Shown here: one piece after another, positions 60,833 through 64,000 of the stretch | Layout of the letters: each line of letters opens with the position of its first letter | How positions within the stretch are numbered: position 1 is the stretch's first letter | Assembly: GCA_035221665.1 (NCBI GenBank) | Contig: CM069144.1 | Span: 56,110,001-56,174,000, forward strand | Length of the DNA: 64,000 bases | From: Okamejei kenojei | Lineage: Eukaryota | Reading direction: 5' to 3' | Notes under the pieces: model-generated | Seen by the model: only the letters and a program-made list of their open reading frames with translations | The model's database searches: none | What the model was told of the DNA's origin: nothing | Translations under genes and position numbers: made by a program

Positions 60833-63800
60833 TTGTGAATGTGTGCACTGTTCAGTGAAGGTAATCTGCAATCCCTATGTGACTTTAACAATGGCTGTCC
60901 CTGAATGGCCTGGCATGCAATGAGTGCTTCTAGTAAAGAAGGGTGCTGGAGTAGACAGGTGAAGGGGGTTTGGATATTCCAGCATCACCAATTTGGAGAG
61001 ACTGGAAGGGGCAGATCCTGCAGAACTGTGACCTCTCATGAGCAAAATTAGGAATCATGATGATGAAGCTGAGAAATTGGGCATAGCATTTTTACCTAAG
61101 GCATAATAGATTCAAGGAATGCTATTAAGGAAGATCACTGATGCGGAGAATTAAAAGGGGATAAGGAAATAATTGACCAATGGGGAGAAGGTGATATTCA
61201 CCTTTTGTTACTTCCGACCCCCTCCTCCCACACAATAGAATCACCCTTTAATTCCTCTGATGCAGATCATTAACTCGCGATATGTTGTAAACTCTATCAA
61301 CTATTTCAGCACAAATCCCTCTTGGCCATCCCCTCTTTTTATATTTTAAGTATTTTTCTCCAAACCCACCATTAGTGCCAAACCTTCTGTTGCCCCTGTT
61401 AATCTCTCCTTTCATCTTATACTACAAAACAAAAGCAGGCCATTTGGCCCGCCAGGCCCTTGCCAGCTTGCAGGGAAAGAATCCCTGCCGTATTACCATT
61501 CTCCCCATAACCCTGCACCTCTGCAATCTGCTTTTTCGCATGCATGCCCTTCACCTCCCCCTTGATTTATGGTTCAGTATCGATTCATTCATTTCAGTCC
61601 TCCGATCAAATATCTTGGGACAGTCTCTATCTTAAAACTATGGTATTTATGTTTGTCACTCTCCGACATAAAAATTGCTGGCTTCTCCTGTTCTGAAATC
61701 CTTTTCAGGAAATGTCTCCCCAAGACGTTGTTTAAAGAGGAAAGCTTCTTTTTAAAATTAAAAAAAAACCCTTGTTCGTTTTAAAGGGGTGATGACACGT
61801 GCCAATATCACATTTTGTATGAAAATAACTACTTTTTATTTATATTAACTTCAAAACAGGCTCAAAGAGGCAATGGAGTTATTTTCCTTAAGTATACATT
61901 TCATTATGTTTTAAATATGTATGTGTTTAAGGTTGCCGGTGCAATTCGGTTTGTGTGCATGTTTTATGTGCTATTTTCGTATGTGCAGTTATCTGCATGT
62001 CTGCATTGTTTCTCCTTATCTTGTTGTACGAGTCCATGAGCAGTGGGCTTACTTCAATAAGAGCTTCTGTATTTTTGTATTTTTGTGTATGTCCATGCAC
62101 AGTAAAGAGAGAGAGAGAATGGATATTTATTTATTCCTGTACTTGTTGTTTTCCATTTCATCTCTGATATAGTTGTTCCATGTGTCTCAAAAGCTTGTAT
62201 TCTCTTATATCGTCATACTGTCCCTCAACGCTTTGTCAGATAATTGTTGAAGTAAAAGCAACTTGAAAGATATGAGGTGATACCAGGTTCCCTGATGCAT
62301 TGATGTAAAGGACATATCAAATATGCCCCGTGGACCATTGGTATGTCTGGAAAATTCAGTTCCCTCCATTTGATTGTTAGGATAGGATTCCATGACTCCT
62401 ATTTTTGGTGGTTATTATTATTTTTTTTTCCAATATTAAGACAACAGTTATGTATTATCACTGAGGCGATATTGTGTGTACTGTATTCACTGCTCCTAAG
62501 CCCTGCAACTATTCAGGATGAGGGCAATAAAATGCCACAATCACTTTGGAAAAACTCTACTTTTTTAATCTTTATTTCTTGCCTGTCCTTTTTTTCCAGT
62601 TTAAAAAAAAAATTCTTTACAGTTTCCTAAAGCCACGGGTTGTGAAAATTGTCCTTTGGTGGTAAAGCAACACTAGCAACGGGGAATTAGCAGCCGGGTT
62701 TTCACCAAATCCATATCCTCCTCAATTGAAATCAATGAAAAAGAACATTGAATGTAGTGTAAGTTTGACCGCCAGTTTGCCGTTGATGATTTGATACTCA
62801 TCCCACCATGGTGTTCACCCCGCCCTTGACCCTTAAGAGGCACAGATTCTCGAATCTATTCCAGCTGGTCACTTGCAATGTCTGAGCCACTTGAGTAAGT
62901 GTCAGCACACTTGTTTCCTGCAGAAAACATCACTGTTCTCGCCCAGTCTGGATACAACCATGTTTTCCTTTAGGGGATACAGCCAAGTAATAACCTACCT
63001 CCCTATTCAAAACTCACCATCCCTATTCAAAGACCTCGAAGTAAAATGTGGGGCCGAGTTTGACATCGGGGTACATTGTAACACGGGGCACTGTTATTAT
63101 TCTGTTGGGCATTGCAACAGAATGTAAATTGATGTCTCTTTAGGGGCGCATTTTCCTTTGTGCGTATATGCTTTGCCCTGTGCATGTCTGTGGGCGTATT
63201 TCTGTCCCGGCGAATATGTCCACGCATCTATCTGCTGGTGTGCGTAAATTACTTCATATAGATGCGAATGTCATTAGGTCTATCTATCGAATCGATTCTG
63301 AATGTCTGTGTGTACAAGAGCCGGCGTGTGTATGCTTTGATGACCCGGTGTAGATGTAATAAGGTAACATCGACAATTCAGGTTGGGGAAGAAAACTTAG
63401 TTTATGATGAATTAAATCTTCCCGACCACTGCCCCTTTAAAAGTTGCCGTAGATCGAGTTATTTTCATGAACATGACTACACAGTACAAGTTATTAATGT
63501 CATTTCCTGGATTTCTGTGACTTCTCAGCCGAGTGCACGATGTCCCAGTCCATTAATTGTCTGGTTTCTCCTTGGCTGTTTGGTCTTATCGTCGAGTGTC
63601 CTGGTATTGTTCTGGCTATTCTTCGGTTACAACTGGTCAGAACTGCTGTCAGGACACCACGGTCAAATGGCGCAGAACAAGGGGACTCGGACACAGAATC
63701 CCAGACTCAGGAAAGTAACATGAAAGTTAGAAGAATTTCCCCAGGCACAGTTAGAATCACAACTGTTTTTTTACAGTAATGCCGAGATGAGCATATTTAG

Positions 63801-63870
63801 TTACGTGCAAAAACAAATGGTACATTGGCCAAAATGAAATCTAATGTCGGATCATTTTAGTATCGATTGC

Positions 63871-63888
63871 GATTGCCATCTGCTGGTT
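63871..63888 (-). promoter_or_regulatory. CTCF-like motif
   Basis: Minus strand AACCAGCAGATGGCAATC matches the CTCF core CCASYAGRKGGCR. Confidence 0.5.
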
Positions 63889-64000
63889 AGTTCCTGGCAT
63901 TGGCGCGCCAGGAAACCGAGTCCGGCTCCCAGTCTCACTCTGCCTTATCAATATAAAGCTAATTTGCCCAGGACTTGCTCCCGATTCTCGACCCTTTTGT

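Overview
Non-coding vertebrate genomic DNA. The repeat repertoire (HE1/V-type tRNA-derived SINEs with CR1 tails, CR1 3' fragments, Penelope-like GIY-YIG elements, Rex1/Babar, L2 and L1 remnants) points to a cartilaginous fish, probably a skate or ray; this is inferred from repeat style, not from a database match. I found no supportable host protein-coding gene. The only recognisable peptides are retroelement fragments. Positions 1-50 kb are a dense, nested TE landscape. It includes four PIF/Harbinger-type MITEs, one hAT-type element with an 8-bp TSD, and about 15 Penelope-derived short units carrying a minimal hammerhead-ribozyme-like core (CUGAAGA-stem-GAAAC-GUC). Two parts stand out. At 19.6-23 kb there is a TE-free, strand-skewed array of decayed GAATTGTTTGA units. 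At 50.3-59.6 kb and 62.6-64 kb there is a CpG-rich, TE-poor domain with enhancer-like blocks, ending in a CTCF/E2F/TATA-like cluster at the window edge. Several local templated rearrangements are visible: twin hairpins sharing one loop, a 31-bp copy taken from a SINE 800 bp away, and an inverted LINE. Boundaries of decayed repeats are approximate and were read by eye.
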